DNA of 64,000 nt from the human T2T-CHM13v2.0 reference genome, Homo sapiens: NCBI RefSeq assembly GCF_009914755.1, contig NC_060934.1, one strand, 5' to 3'. Below, piece by piece: positions 42,714-57,464 of this stretch (positions are counted from its first letter, which is position 1; every line of letters starts with the position of its first letter). Position numbers and translations under genes: made by a program. The notes under the pieces are model-generated. The model worked only from the letters and a program-made list of their open reading frames with translations. It was not told where the DNA came from and did no database searches.

Positions 42714-44172
42714 ATTTGTTTACTCTGTTTTCCTTTACTTGAATTTTTGATTTCAACACTTGTGTGACTAGCTTGGTCAAGGTAACCTTGGCTCTCTCAT
42801 TTGGTTTAAATGTCCTTTTAATGACTCTGTACCTTATTTATTCTTATAGAAATAATAAACCTTGAAATTATTATATTATATAATGTTTACATATTAACAT
42901 GATACTAACTTTCCTATCAATACTCTAAGATTTCTGAGGTCCTAGCTCATGTTCCTCTTTGCATTCCAAATAACTGTAAAGTGTAGGAATTCAGTTAATA
43001 GTTCCTGTTTGATTGAACAAAGAGATCTAATAACATGAAAAATTTAATAAGACATACGTAATCAATTACATACGTACTTACTAATAGAGTAACAAAACAT
43101 TTGGGCAACTTTTGTCTCTTATGAATAATTTACAATGTATTTCCATCAGAATTATGAATTAGTCACACTACTGGCATGATTGATGGATTATATATTTACT
43201 TAATCTCCTTTGGAGCTACATTCCATTTTTCCTGGAGTATTTTACTTTCAAACTATACTTTAGGACCATTTTATCAAATAACAACTTCATGTTTATTTCA
43301 GATACATAAAATTATATCAAAACCACATTTCTGAGCATTTGAAAACTGGCATGAAGAGTGACAGTGATGAGCTATATTATCCTCTGGGTTTTATCATTCT
43401 GATACATTCCTGCTTGTCATTTTGCAAGTGTTTTCTGGAATATATTCTGTTAAACAGAAACATATCATTTATTTCAAATAAATCATTGTGTGACTTTTCA
43501 GTTACTTTTGAAACATCTACTAAAACTCAAATATGAAGTTAACCTCTATATTCCAAAGCAAATGTCATAGAATGATGTCAGATTTCCAGGATATTCTCAT
43601 ACACAGGGAGAGTTTCCTACTCCACACTAGTGGGCAACCAGTGAATTCTGCTTGTGCTGAGGTATAAGCCCATTTAATTCCCTGGAGCAGATGGATACCT
43701 TGGTGTATAGGCAGATTTGTCCACTTAATATAGTATGCCTTACAAACAATATCTTTTCTATGTGTTCCAAAAATCTGTAAGTGGGTGGTATTCACTGTTA
43801 TTCATCCTGAACTTTAGGAAGTCCTGCCTTTGAGACAGAGAAATAAAGACACATCTGCTAGGACAATCCTCATTTTGGTGATTGTACTGCCTTTTGCATT
43901 TTTGCAAGTTTTATAATAAACCATTAATACATACTGGGATTTGCAGGGTTTTTTAAATCCTTGCAGAACTCACAGTCTAGTGTTTTGTAGTTTCAGAAAG
44001 CATTTCATGTCTTTTGTTTCATTTGTTTTCTCTATTTCAGAGAGGCTTAGTGCATTGCTCAGAATCATTAAGTAAAGAGCAAATGAAGAGTTGCTACTTA
44101 ACCCTAGGGAAAGAAAATGCACCTCCATATTAAAGACCACTCTGCTTTCACACTCCACTTAGACTGTACATA

Positions 44173-45439
44173 CAGTCATATGCCTCTTAACAACGTTTTG
44201 GTGAACGATGAACCATATATGCTACAGTGATTCCATAAGATAATAATGGAGCTGAAAAATCTCTAACACCTAGTATTTACTACAGCATACTTTTAATCCT
44301 TATTTTAGAGTGTACTTCTACTTATAAAAAAAGTTAACTGTAAAATAGGCTCACGCAGGTCCTTCAGGAAGTATTTCAGAAAAAGGCATTCTTATCAGAG
44401 GAGATGAGCGCTTCACGCATGTCACTGCCCATGAAAACTTTCTAGTGGGATAAGATTTGGAGGTGAAGACAGTGATATTGATTATTCTGACCCTGTGTAT
44501 GCCTAGGCTAATGTGTGTGTTTGTGGCTTAATTTTTATATAAAATTTTTAGAATAAGGATATAAAGAAAGAACATATTTTTGTACAGCTGTATGATGTGT
44601 TTGTTTTAAGCTAACTCTCATTGCAAAGATTAAAAAATGTTAAAAAATTTAAAAGTTTATAAAGTGAAAAAGTTATAATATGCTAAGGTTAATTTATTAT
44701 TGAAAAGGCAATTTTATAAGTTTAGTGTCACCTAAGTTTATCATGGTTTTGTTTGTTGGTTTGAGACGGAGTCTCATTTTGTCGCCCAGGAGTACAGTGG
44801 TGCCATCTAGGCTCACTGCAAAATCAAGCAATCCTCCTGCCTCAGCCTCCTGAGTAGCTGGGATTACAAGCCTGTGCCACCATGCCCAGCTAATTTTTGC
44901 ATTTTTAGTAGAGAAGGGGTTTCACCATGTTGATCAGGCAGGTCTCAAACCCCTGACCGCAGATGATCCACCCGCCTCGGCCTCCTAAAGTGCTGGGATT
45001 ACAGATGTGAGCCACTGCGTCCAGCCCATGTTTTTAAAGTCTACACTAGTGTGCACTAGTGTTCTAGGCCTTCACATTCACTCATCACTCACTCACTCAC
45101 CCACTCACCCAGAGCAACTTTCATTCCTGCAAGGTTCATTTATGGTTAAGTGCTCTATAAAGGTGTACCATTTTTATCATTTATATTTTTACTGTATCTT
45201 TTCTATGTTTTGATATGTTTAGAAACACAAATAACATTGTATTACAATTGTCTACAGTATTCAGTATAGTAACATGCTGTATAGGTTTATAGACTATGAG
45301 CAATAAATTATACCATATAGCCTATGTGTGTAGACAACATCATCTAGGTTTGTGTAAGTACACTCTATGATGTTCATACAACAAAATCTCATGACACATT
45401 TCTCAGACTGTATCTCTGTCAGTCAGTGTTTCATGATTG
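44173..45439. mobile_element. Tigger3 (Golem/MER7-type) DNA transposon fossil, interrupted by an Alu
   Basis: Starts ta|cagtcatatgcc, contains ataatggagctgaaaaat and tttgtgtaagtacactctatgatgttc, ends catgattg. Confidence 0.85.
44747..45026 (-). mobile_element. AluS with small deletions, inside Tigger3
   Basis: Antisense Alu; TSD catggtttt / catgttttt. Confidence 0.92.
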
Positions 45440-46667
45440 TGATTAATTGCCCTCAATAAGCTGAGTAATTTCAAGTAGTTGTGAATTAAAATTTTGATGG
45501 GTCTGCTGATTGTGACAGTTTTTATGTAAAAAAAAATGTGTTTTATATTGTTTCTTGGGTGAGACCTCTCTGCTTTTCCCCACCAGTTGCTAACTAAGAG
45601 CAGCAGGTATAAAATAGAAAAACATGATTATTCTTGAAGTGTAGATTAGAAAGATTCAAGTTCATTTCCTACAACCTGATACACATACAATGGAATAGAA
45701 GAGCAAAAGAGAAGACAAGGTATCACCACTGTTCTATCCTTGAAAATTTGTCTGATACAGGAAATTTATCAGCATAAAGCTAATTGCCAGTTTGGGATTT
45801 AACAAATCCACTTGTTTGCCTTAATTAGTACCCACTTCCCACCAAGAAAACCTTGATAAAATTCCTTAAAAAGCTGGCCTTTTTTAAACCCATGCACCTT
45901 AGGTGAGTAATATTAATTAGATATTTTAATTATGGATTCCATGTGCAAACTTTATCAGTGAAAAACTGCTATTATACTGTGGCACTCTTACTTTAAATTG
46001 ACTCTGTAATAACTCTGAAAGCTGTGTAAAGTAAAATTAAATCCTTATCCGTAGACAATTGCTTTAGCACTTGTTCCTGTGTTCATGAGGTACCAAGGTT
46101 AGGCTGCTATTACTTACTGTGAATATAAATTTAAAAGTCCAGTTATTTGCATTCTTGCTTCGGTGTACCCTGAACATAATGAATTAAGATATAGAGACAC
46201 TATCAATATAAAGGTGTAACATCAAAGAACAGTAATTGATTTCCTAAAATAACGTCATGTATATAAACTCCAAACCAGATTTTTAGGTAAGGAATTGTGA
46301 CGTTAGTAAATAAACTTGTGATTTGAAATCTATAGTGTTTAATAATTTGTGGGAATTTTTTTGTCCTATTGTCTGTTCTTTATTTTTCCCTTGTGTGTCT
46401 GTTACTAAAAGCACATACTTTATCTTCATATGTTCTTAAACTTATCTCCAAATTTTAAAAGGATTTTAAAACACATGACATGAGAGAGGACCAGAAAATA
46501 TTCATGTGTATATACTAAGATATTATGTTAATAGTTATATATAATTTGGAGGGTGACTATAGTCTGAAAATACTAAAAATTTTTTTTATTGAACTCCCTG
46601 ATTATTTATTCTGGGCTATGCTAAACTCATGGACATTCAGGAAAAATTGGAGATAAAAATCATTTTA

Positions 46668-47429
46668 TCCATCATCACTGGCCATCAGAGAAATGCAAAT
46701 CAAAACCACAATGAGATACCATCTCACACCAGTTAGAATGGCGATCATTAAAAAGTCAGGAAACAACAGGTGCTGGAAAGGATGTGGAGAAATAGGAACA
46801 CTTTTACACTGTTGGTGGGACTGTAAACTAGTTCAACCATTGTGGAAGTCAGTGTGGCGATTCCTCAGGGATCTAGAACTAGAAATACCATTTGACCCAG
46901 CCATCCCATTACTGGGTATATACCCAAAGGATTATAAATCATGCTGCTTTAAAGACACATGCACACGTATGTTTATTGCGGCACTATTCACAATAGCAAA
47001 GACTTGGAACCAACCCAAATGTCCAACAATGATAGACTGGATTAAGAAAATGTGGCACATACACACCATGGAATACTATGCAGCCATAAAAAAGGATGAG
47101 TTCATGTCCTTTGAAGGGACATGGATGAAACTGGAAATCATAATTCTCAGTAAACTATCGCAAGGACAAAAAAACCAAACACCGCATGTTCTCACTCACA
47201 GATGGGAACTGAACAATGAGAACACATGGACACAGGAAGGGGAACATCACACTCTGGGGACTGTTGTGGGGTGTGGGGAGGGGGGAGGGATAGCATTAGG
47301 AGATATACCTAATGCTAAATGAGGAGTTAATGGGTGCAGCACACCAGCATGGCACATGTATACATATGTAACTAACCTGCACATTGTGCACGTGTACCCT
47401 AAAACTTAAAGTATAATAATAATAATATA
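46668..47429 (+). mobile_element. 5'-truncated young L1 (L1PA3-like), about 760 bp
   Basis: ORF2 C-terminus plus a 3' UTR with G-rich tract. GAG rather than the L1HS-Ta ACA diagnostic. Perfect 13-bp TSD aaaaatcatttta (46655-67 / 47430-42). Confidence 0.95.
46693..47322 (+). pseudogene. L1 ORF2p C-terminal fragment, frameshifted near the end
   Basis: [40 protein letters not shown] (CCHC region). An extra A after SQGQK shifts the frame into the 3' UTR. Confidence 0.92.
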
Positions 47430-50400
47430 AAAAATCATTTTAAAATACACATCACAGATGCTTATGCAGAGACCGATGAAAATTCTGCATTCATTCACTA
47501 AGTTCAATGCAACTTTTGAGAGCTAACTGAATGCATTGATGCCAAGGGATAATACGTCAACTGAATTTTTATTGTGAGCCATTTATCATATATATTTTCC
47601 TATGTTTCCAGACATTAAGTCCACCTTGTATAATTAATTTTATTAGTTTGGTTGCTTAAAATATACCCTTCAAATGCAAAAGCAATTACTAAAATGGAGT
47701 TGAATCCTAAAAGTCACTATAGTGTGCACCTCTGGTAACTTCATTTTTCTTTCCTTGCTAACCTTTGCTTGCCCCAAATTACACACAAAGTAAAACATAA
47801 AATCTCTCACCATGGTAGCTTTACCCTCTAAATTGTACTCACATACTCAGTTCCTGAACTTATATTTTGCAATTTTCCTTCGTATCCCCTTCATACAATA
47901 TTACATACTATCTACCACATAATTCCTTTCTATTATTGCCTCTGAATTTTTTTATACTATTTCATTTCACTGGAATTTAATTCATTATTACATTGTTATT
48001 CTTAAATTCCATAACTGTGAGACATGTCCCCCAAAAGGAATTTTTTTATGTTCTGAAAGCATTTTATCATTTATTGATATATAACTCACTATACAACTAC
48101 CAATTTGCAGTACAAAATTCAGTGATTTTAGTGAATTCACAGAGGTTTGCAACCACCACTGCAATAAATTCTCATAACATTTTATTCACTTCATAAAGAA
48201 ATACCATACCCATCAATTGTCACTCATCATTCCCCTCAATACCTTCAGTTCTAGGCAACCACAGATTGACTTTGGGTCTCTATAGATTTGAAGATTCAAG
48301 ATATGGCATACAAGTGGACTCATGTAACATGGGGTCTTTATATGACTGGTTTCTTTCACTTAGCGTAATATTTTCAATATTTATCCATGTTGTTGCAAGC
48401 ATATTTATTTTATTGCCATATTAAATTTCATTGTGTGGATATACTACATTATATATGTCCATTCATTAGTTGATGAACATTTGGCTTCTTTCTACTTTTG
48501 ACTATTATGAATGACAATGCTTGAACATTGTGTACAGGTTTGTGTATAGTCGCATGTTTTCCCTTCTCTTGGGTATATATCTAGGAGTGGAATTGCTCTG
48601 TCATAAGGGCAAGTTTGTTTAAAATACTGAGTAACTGCAAAACAGTTTTCTAAGATTTTTGGAACATTTTACATTCCAGCCAACAACGTGTAGAGATTCT
48701 AATTTGTTTACATCCTTATTGATATCTATTTGTAATGTATTTTTTATTACAGCCATCACCCTAATGAATGCAAAAATATATATTACTGTGGATTTAATTT
48801 TCTCTTCACAAATAACTAATGATAATCATAATTCCATGTTTTCTTTAGCCATTTTTTATCTTCATAGGAATAGTGTCTATTACTTTTTTGCACATTTTTA
48901 TTGTTTTTTTTTTAGTTTTTAGTTTTAAGAGTTTTTTTATATACTTAGGAAACAAGTCTTTTATTATATGTATAATTTTCTGTTGATTGCCTTTCTACTT
49001 TCTTGATGTTTTACCAAGCACAAAATTTTTAATTTTGATGTAGTCTAATTATCTATTTTTCATTTGTTGTTTGTGCTTTTTGTCATATTTAATAATTAAT
49101 CACATAATCCAAAATCACAATGATTACTTCTATGTTTTCTTCTAAGAGTTCTATGGTTTTATTTCTTACGTTGAGGACTATCATCTATCTGGAATTAATT
49201 TTTGTGCATCGCGTAAGGAACAGTTCCAACTTAATTGTTGTGTATGTATTTATCCACTTGTCTCCATATCACTTCTTGAAAGATTTACCCCATTGAAATC
49301 TCGCAATACTCTTGTTGAAAATCAGTGAAGAGGCTTATTTTTGAATTCTGAATTCTGTGTCTATCCTATGTCAAGATCATACTCTTGATTACTGTGGTTT
49401 TGTAGTAAGTTATACAATTGGAAAATGTAAGTCCTTTAAATGTGTTATTCTTCTTCTAAGGTTGTTTTGGAAATTCTGGGCCCTTGAATTTCAGAATGAC
49501 TTTTAGATTTGGCTTGCGAATTTCTGCAAGAACAAAAAAAGCACTTTGATCATGATAGGGATTGCACTGAAATCATAGATCAATTAAGAGATATATTGCC
49601 ATCTTAATGATATTAAATCTCCTAATCCCTGAACATAAGATTTTTTCCCATTTATTTATATTTTATTTGATTTTTTAAAATAATGTTCTCTAGTTCGCCG
49701 TGTCTAAGACTTTCACTTATTTTGTTAAACTTATTCTTTAGTATTTTGTTTTTTGGGGTGTTATTGTAAATGTAATTAATCACTTGGTTTAATTTTTGGT
49801 TTGTGAATCACTAATGTATAGTAATACAATTGAATTGTGGATGTCGATCTTAGACTCTGCAACCTCGATGGTCTTAATTATCACTTTTAGTAATAATTAC
49901 CACTAAATTACTACTACAGAAAATAATTTAATTAGGAAATGAATTCCTTAGAATTTTCCATATGCAAAATTATGTCATCTTCAAATAGAGATACTTAAAA
50001 ATTTCTTATTCCAAGACTTTATTTTTTCCTTGCCAAACTACCTTGTCTAGAACTTTGAGTACAATGTCAAATGGGAATGGTAAGAGAAAACGTCCTTGTC
50101 TCATTCCTTATCTTAGGGGAAAACATTTAGTCTTTCACCTTTAAGTAAGAGGATTCTCTTAGATTTCCATTGTTGTCCTTCTTCAGTATGAGAAAGTTCT
50201 CTCTATTCCTATTTGTTGAATATTTTTAATCATTAAAGAGTGTTAGATTTTGTCAAATGTTTTTTGCTTCATCTATTAAGATGGTCATGTGCTTTGTGTT
50301 CTTTATTCAGTTGTTAAACTATCGTTAGATTTCTGAGATGAATCACACTTGATCGTAGTGTATAGTACTTTTTATATGTTGATGGATGTAGTCTGCTAGT

Positions 50401-50676
50401 ATTAAGTGAAATTTTTTTGTCTATATTCATTAAAGATATTACTTTATAGTTTTACTTACTCGTAATATTTCGGTCTAGCTTTCACATGCCAGCAATACAT
50501 AGAATGGGTTGGGATGTAATATATTCTATTCTATTTTTAAAAAATTGTTGGGGAGAATTGGTATTAATTTTTTCTTAAATATTTGTCATAATTTATGAAG
50601 TAAGGCATCTGAGCCAGAAATTTATTTTGTGAGACATTTATACTTTTCTATTTTAATCTCTTTACTCATTATAGAT

Positions 50677-51182
50677 TGTGGTAGACAGAATGATCATTCT
50701 GCAAAAATGTTCACCTCCTAATAACAGAAACTGTTGATATGTTAATTTATATGGCAAAAGACTCTGCAAATATAATTAATTTAAGAGCCTTGATAAAGGG
50801 AGATTATTCTAGATAATTTTGGTGATTGCAATCTAACCACACGGATCCTTAAAAGTGGAGAACTTTTCTCCGCTCTGATCTTAGAGAGATGTCATTCTGG
50901 AAGAAAGATATAGAAAAACGTAAAGTTTCTGGCTTTGAAAATGGAGAAAGGGGCCATAAGCAAAGGATTGTGGCTAGCATCTAGATTCTGGGAAGGTTAC
51001 AGAAATGAATTTTAAACAAGACCTAACAAAATGAAAGTAAGCCCTGGTAATATCTTGATTTTATTCTTTTGAGAACTGTGACAGTTTTCTGACCTACAGA
51101 AATGTAAAACAATACATTTATGTTGATTTAAGTCACTGAATTTTTGGTATTTTTTTTGCAGCAGCAATATAAAATAAACACA
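50677..51182 (+). mobile_element. MLT1D-like MaLR solo LTR
   Basis: tgtggtagacagaat...atatggcaaaagact...ctggctttgaaaatggag...gcagcaatataaaa. Confidence 0.82.
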
Positions 51183-51273
51183 TAAGTCTTCTCAAATTTC
51201 CTGTTTCTTATTGAGTCAGTTTCACTAGTTTGTGTCTTTCTAGGTAATTTTCTATTTTATCAAAAGTGATGTA

Positions 51274-51593
<320 letters not shown>

Positions 51594-51734
51594 GTGATGT
51601 AATCTGTAGGCATTTGGTAGTTCGTAGTATTCATTTAAAATCTTTTTGCATTTCTGGATAGCCAGTCATAAAGTCCCTTCTTTTATTATTTCTGAGTCAG
51701 TAATTTGAGTGTTCTTCCTTTTTTAATCAGCAAA

Positions 51735-52056
51735 GGGAAGGTTTTGTAAAATAAAAATGTGTTGGTCACAGTTCTGGAAGCTGTGAAGTCCAAGATTAAG
51801 GCACCGACAAATATGACATCTGGTGAAGACTCACTTTATGATTCAGAAACAATGCCTTTTTGTTGTGTCCTCAGATGGTGCAAGGGGCAAAACAGGTTCC
51901 CTCCAGCCTGTTTTATAAGAGCACTAATCTAGTTCGTGAGATCAGAGACCTCATGACCTAATAACCTTCCAAACAACCCAGCTCTTAATACCTACCATCA
52001 CCTTAGGGGTTAGGTTTCAACAAGTGAATTTGGAGGGACACATTCAGACTACAGCA
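51735..52056 (-). mobile_element. MSTD/MLT1A-type MaLR LTR
   Basis: tcacagttctggaagctgtgaagtccaagattaagg...ttttataagagcactaatc...ttcagactacagca. Confidence 0.78.
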
Positions 52057-55000
52057 CAACTTTTGATTTTTTGGTTTTCTCTATTGTTATCTCTTCCATT
52101 AATTTCATCTATAATCATTATTTCCTACCATGTGTTGGCTTTAAGTTTAGTTTTTTCCTTTTTTAAAATGTATCAGTGTCTTTAGGTTTAAGTTAGGTTA
52201 CAGATTTGTGATTATTATTTTTTAAAATATATATACTTACAGATATAAATTTCATTCTAAGCATGGTTTTCACTGTATCGTATAAGTTTTATTATATTGT
52301 GTTTCCATTTTATCTCAAAATATGATTGAATTTCCCTTGTAAATTCTCTTTGGTCCATTGATTGTTAAAGAGTGTGTTGTTTAATGTCCAAATATTTGTA
52401 AATTTTCTCAGTTTTGCTCTGTTGTTCGTTTTTTATTTAGTTCTATTTTGGTCAGAGAAACTTTGTGTGATTTCACATATTTTAAACTTATTGAGGCTAG
52501 TTTTATGGCCTACAATATGATCCTTGAGTACGTACCATTTGCATTTGAAAAGAAAGTATATAGTGCTGTATTGGGTAGGTTATTCTGTAGGTCTCTCTTA
52601 GATCTAGATCTAGATCTGGTTGGTTTATGCTGTTGTTCAAGTCTTCTATGTCTTTATTGATCTTTCTACTTGTTCCATCTACTGTTGAAAGTGGACACTG
52701 CAGCCTGCAGATATGGTTGCATTCTCTATCTCTTAATTTGTCCATTTTTTTCTTCATGTATTTTGGTGTCTTGCTGTTGGGTGAATATGTGTTTGTAACT
52801 GTTATATCTTTGTGATGGAGTGCCCCTCTTATCATTAGAAAGTTTTCATCTTTATCTGCGGTAATTAAAAAAAAAACTTTTTATAGTCTATAGTTTATTA
52901 CTAACATGGTTCCTCTAGCATTCTTGTGGTTGCTATCATTTCCATCCTCATATTTTCCACCTATTTGAATCTTTGAGTCTAAAGTGTGTCTCCTATAGAC
53001 AATATAAAGTAGGATTTTAGAAAATTCTGTCTAGCAATGACTGCTTTTTGATTAGATTGTTTCATTTATTTACTTTTGATGTCATTGTTTATATAGTTAG
53101 ATTTATGTCTTCCATTTTATTTTTGTGTTTTCTGTATGCTTTTTTGGGTCTTGTGTTCTTTTTTGCTTCTTTAATTTTCATTAAGTAAATACTTTTTGGT
53201 GCAATATTTCAATTACTTTAACAATATGTTTACTTTTTAAAATTTTCTTAATGTTCAATCTAGAGCTCAAAATATACATCTTATTTTAAACTACTTCACC
53301 TCCATAGTCAATTTAACTCCAGTGAGATACAGAAACATTACACTATATATCTCTATTCCCTTTCTAACCCTCTTTTTTGTGCTACAATTTTATACATATT
53401 ACATTGTACAATGATTATTTTACTTCAAATCTGTTGAGATTCCCTAGAGAACATTTCGTTTCAACATCTGTACTTTTCAATTCCAAGATTTATTTTTGGT
53501 TTCTTACAATAATTTTTATCTCCTTATTGATGTTTTCTATTTTATGAGGCATTGCCATCTTACTGTACTGTATGTTGTTAAATATTTCTTTTAGTTCTTT
53601 GAACACATTTAGAATAGATACTTTGAAGATTTGTCTGCTAACCCAGCATCTGCCTGTTTTTGTCATTGTTTTGTTTTCATTGTTTTTAACATGTGCATGA
53701 TCATACTTTATTACCTCTTTGTAGACCTTGTAATTTTTTGTTAAAACCTAGAGTTTTAAAAAATTATATATTTTAGCAAATCTGCATACTGATTCCCTGC
53801 TCTATACTGGAGATTATATTTGTTATGTTCTTGTTTATAGTTTTTACTAACTTGGTTTGACTACTTTATTGAAGTCTATTTCCCCCCCGTATTGTACAAC
53901 AATCTAATATTGATCTTCAAATGATTCAGCCTTGGGAATGTGCATATTCTCTGGGCGATGCAGTAACTGCTTTAGTCAGACTCTCTTTGACTGTCTCTTT
54001 CAATGATTTCTCTGGTAAGCTATCTGACACTCCAAGTATCACACCCAGTTGTTACCCTCTACTAATTCCCATCTGATTGCACTATTATTTTTGACAATAC
54101 TCTGGGGCTGGAATATCTCCCCAATATAGTCCAGTCAGAATAGGACTGATTTTCAGGAATCAAAGGCCAACGTTTATGGCTTATTCTGACTGTGCTCTTC
54201 GGTCTACACTTTCCTAAACTTTTTCATTCTAAATAAATTCTGCTTCCTTGGGAAGATATATGATGCTCTCTGTTTTCACTCCCTTTTTCTCTTCTTGGGT
54301 CAAACCTCTGTGTTGTTCATTAGGAACCACAGATATGCTTTGCCATTCTGAGGGAGATGTGGGTTGTGGTGCCAATGCCACAGGTTTGCATTGCTTCTAT
54401 CAGAATTTAGTAGATTTTATTTTATTTGAGGAATGTCCTTTGGAAAATATCCAGAGACTTTAAATTGTTTGCTTATTTGTAAATAATTTTCACGAGTTAT
54501 TTTTTTTTTCCTGGGGACCAGGTTCATAGCTCTTCACTATTCCAGAAATCAGTCCTCAAATAATTTTAATAACATGTTTTAAATATTCTTTATGTAATGT
54601 AATGCTTTGCATACTATAAGCATGTTAAAGGTAGTAGCTATGCCTTAGTTGTATTTTTCATACCTGGAATGACTTATCACAGCCACACATCTGCACACAT
54701 TATAATCTCAGTATGTGCTTTTTGTGCTAAATATGTAGCACAAGGTCAAAGGCTTACCTTTACAACTTCCTTATTTCTTATAGAGTGCGGAGCCTGAAAA
54801 CAGGTTTTCCAATTATTGCTGAAATTATTTTCAGTGTAGTTAAATAGATTGTTAGAGAACCACTGAATAATATGTAAGCCAAGTAAAGATGCTGCTTCTG
54901 TTATTGTCATCATAAAATACCCAAATGGAAACTTTACTCTGTGCTAGGTCACAGATTAAGCTAAAGAGTGTCATACTTTATGGCAATGCATAATGTGGTG

Positions 55001-55107
55001 CCTTATTTGTCAGAATGAGTTAAATTGACTCTCTAAGTCACTGCTGAGCATAAAGCAAAGCTCCTGAGGGAGAATATTGCTGAATTTATTCCATGATTGT
55101 CAGATAC

Positions 55108-55465
55108 TATATTAGTATCTTATTGCTGGTGTAAGAAATCACAAATTTATTTGTTTTAAAACATCATTTATTTATTCTTACAATTCTGTATGTTAGAAGT
55201 CAAACACTGATCTCCTTGGGCTCAAGTTTTCAGCAGGAAAGCTACCTTTCTTTCTAGAGACTCTAGAGGAGAATGTGTTTCATTGACAATTCCAACTTTG
55301 CAAGCCACTCATATTCCTTGTCTCTTGGTGTTCATCCTCAAAGCCAATAATGGTGGGTCAAATTCTTCATACATTGCATCATTCTAACATTCTCTTCTGC
55401 TGTTTTCTTCCATTCTTAAGACATTTTGTGATTACAATGTGCTCACCTGAATAATCTAAGATAAA
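55108..55465 (-). mobile_element. MLT1C/D-like LTR fragment
   Basis: tattagt..ttattgctggtgtaa...tctagagactctagaggagaat...ttgtgattaca. Confidence 0.7.
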
Positions 55466-55489
55466 TTTGCTCTGCCTATGTAATTAGGA

Positions 55490-55565
55490 AGTGGGTACTA
55501 TTTTTATATCCATTTAACTCATGGCAAAATTGTGGCTCAGAATATTAAGTGATTTGCCCCTGGTG
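55490..55565 (-). mobile_element. MIR fragment
   Basis: gtggctcagaatattaagtgatttgccc. Confidence 0.5.
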
Positions 55566-57393
55566 CAGTAAAACTTGAAAACATATGGTTCTTATGAAAT
55601 GAAGTATCACATACCAAGAGCTACTGGGAAAATTGCAAGCACACAACTATGGAGTATGTTAAAGAGCATTGTAATGGATATAATGCATTTGATATATAAA
55701 GCCAATATATATTTTATTTCTTAGAAATCTTGTTTCTCTGCGACTCAACATCCTTTGTACCAATGTCATCCATCATTTCATGTGCAGAGCAAGTATATCT
55801 TAGAATAAAGTGGTGATTCCTCTGGTTAAGATTCAAATCAGACTTTTTGATCTTAAAAAAAGCACGATCTTAAGAACCAGGCTTTTCTGAGAGTAAAATA
55901 ATTTTTCTAAATTCCAAAGTTTTCCTTGGCTAGAAAAAAAAAAAGCATGACATTCTGAGTAAAGATCTCGTAAAGAGAAGATAAAAGACATGGTTTAAAG
56001 GGAGTTTCTATCCCACAGCAAGAAATAAAGCCTTTCTCAACAGTAGGTAGTTTAGCCAAGAATAAAGATTCAGAGGAGATAAGGCCTGGGTTAAATTTCT
56101 GTCTAAATTTCTAAGAACATATGTCTCAGCCAATTAGGCCAAGACCCAAAGCATGGACCAAAAGGAGTAAAATCCCACATAAGCAAAGTGGGTGGCTGAC
56201 AACAAAACATTTGAAACTCATTTTTTAGAATTCCCCATGACCAAATTGGGTGATTAGGGAAAAGTAAAACTGTGGTATGGTAGCATGTGTTTAGGTTGAG
56301 AAAGGGTTTGACAAAATGTAGCTCTATTTCCCCACAGCCTGCATCTGACATTGACAAAAATGTATGTGTTCCTATGTGTCTTGTGGGATGCAAAAGGTTT
56401 CTGTGAATTACAAGTCAGCAGACTGTCTAATGATTTTCTATGCTGAGGTGTAAGATGATAGCAAGCCTATTGTGAATCTAAATTAAAAGGAAGGGATGTG
56501 GCATGGTTGAGAAGCGCAAGATTAACACAATCAACTAAAGGGCAGTCAGAGGAGCTGTCTGGCTTTTGGGGACTAATGCTCAAGAATTATCTAGGCAGTG
56601 AATACACAGTTTATGCTAGTTATTTTTTAAGCAGCCAATCCATTATACAGAGGCTGTTGACTAAAGAAAGTCCACATATCAACATATCAGTCAGAGGTCA
56701 GCAGAAGACAGAAGAAGCATTTAAAAAATTATTGTTTACCCCTCTCAGGTTGTTATATGAGCTATTGGGTGGTTTTATACCATCAGGTAAGTATGAAATT
56801 TTATTGAGATACGATATGTGAGACTAAGGTGTGTGTATATGTTGGGGAGAATATAAAGGATAGTTGGCTAGACTGAGTGGTGAAACCTTAAAAGTCTAAT
56901 TATTTATCAAAAGGAAACTTTGTTTACCTTAAAAAGATCATGTTGAACTAGAAAAGACTGAATAACTTAAATGGACAATTTTTTTTTCAATTTGTTTTTA
57001 TTTGTATTTACACTGTAAGCAGTCCTGAAGACACTAGAAATAGATAAGATCAGTCATGAAAAACTGAAAAGATTACCTTTTTCATATGTGTGTCATTGTG
57101 TGCAAAGGTTGACTTCTGCTACAGCAGATATAATCCTTCTAACATATTTTGCATCAGTGGAATTTTTCTTTTCAATTTTATTGCAGCACCAAGTTTTATT
57201 ATATTTTTGTTGAAAGATACATAGAAAATAAATACTTTCTGATATTTTACAATAACAGTGAAACTATTTCAAAAGGAAGAAAGGGATTGAACCATTATCC
57301 AAGCAACAGAACATATAATTATGCCAATGAAAGGGGCTGTCTTATCATTGTTCTTAGAATCTTAAGAGATAGGTGCAGATAGATGGATGTATG

Positions 57394-57416
57394 GATAGAT
57401 AGATAGATAGATAGAT

Positions 57417-57464
<48 letters not shown>
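57394..57464. repeat. Tetranucleotide STR (GATA)5 GAT (GATA)12
   Basis: Read directly from the sequence. Confidence 0.97.

Noticed and set aside
46693-47322. 209-aa ORF, the longest in the window
   Set aside because: It is the C-terminal fragment of L1 ORF2p in a promoterless 5'-truncated insertion, frameshifted at the end. It is not a host gene.
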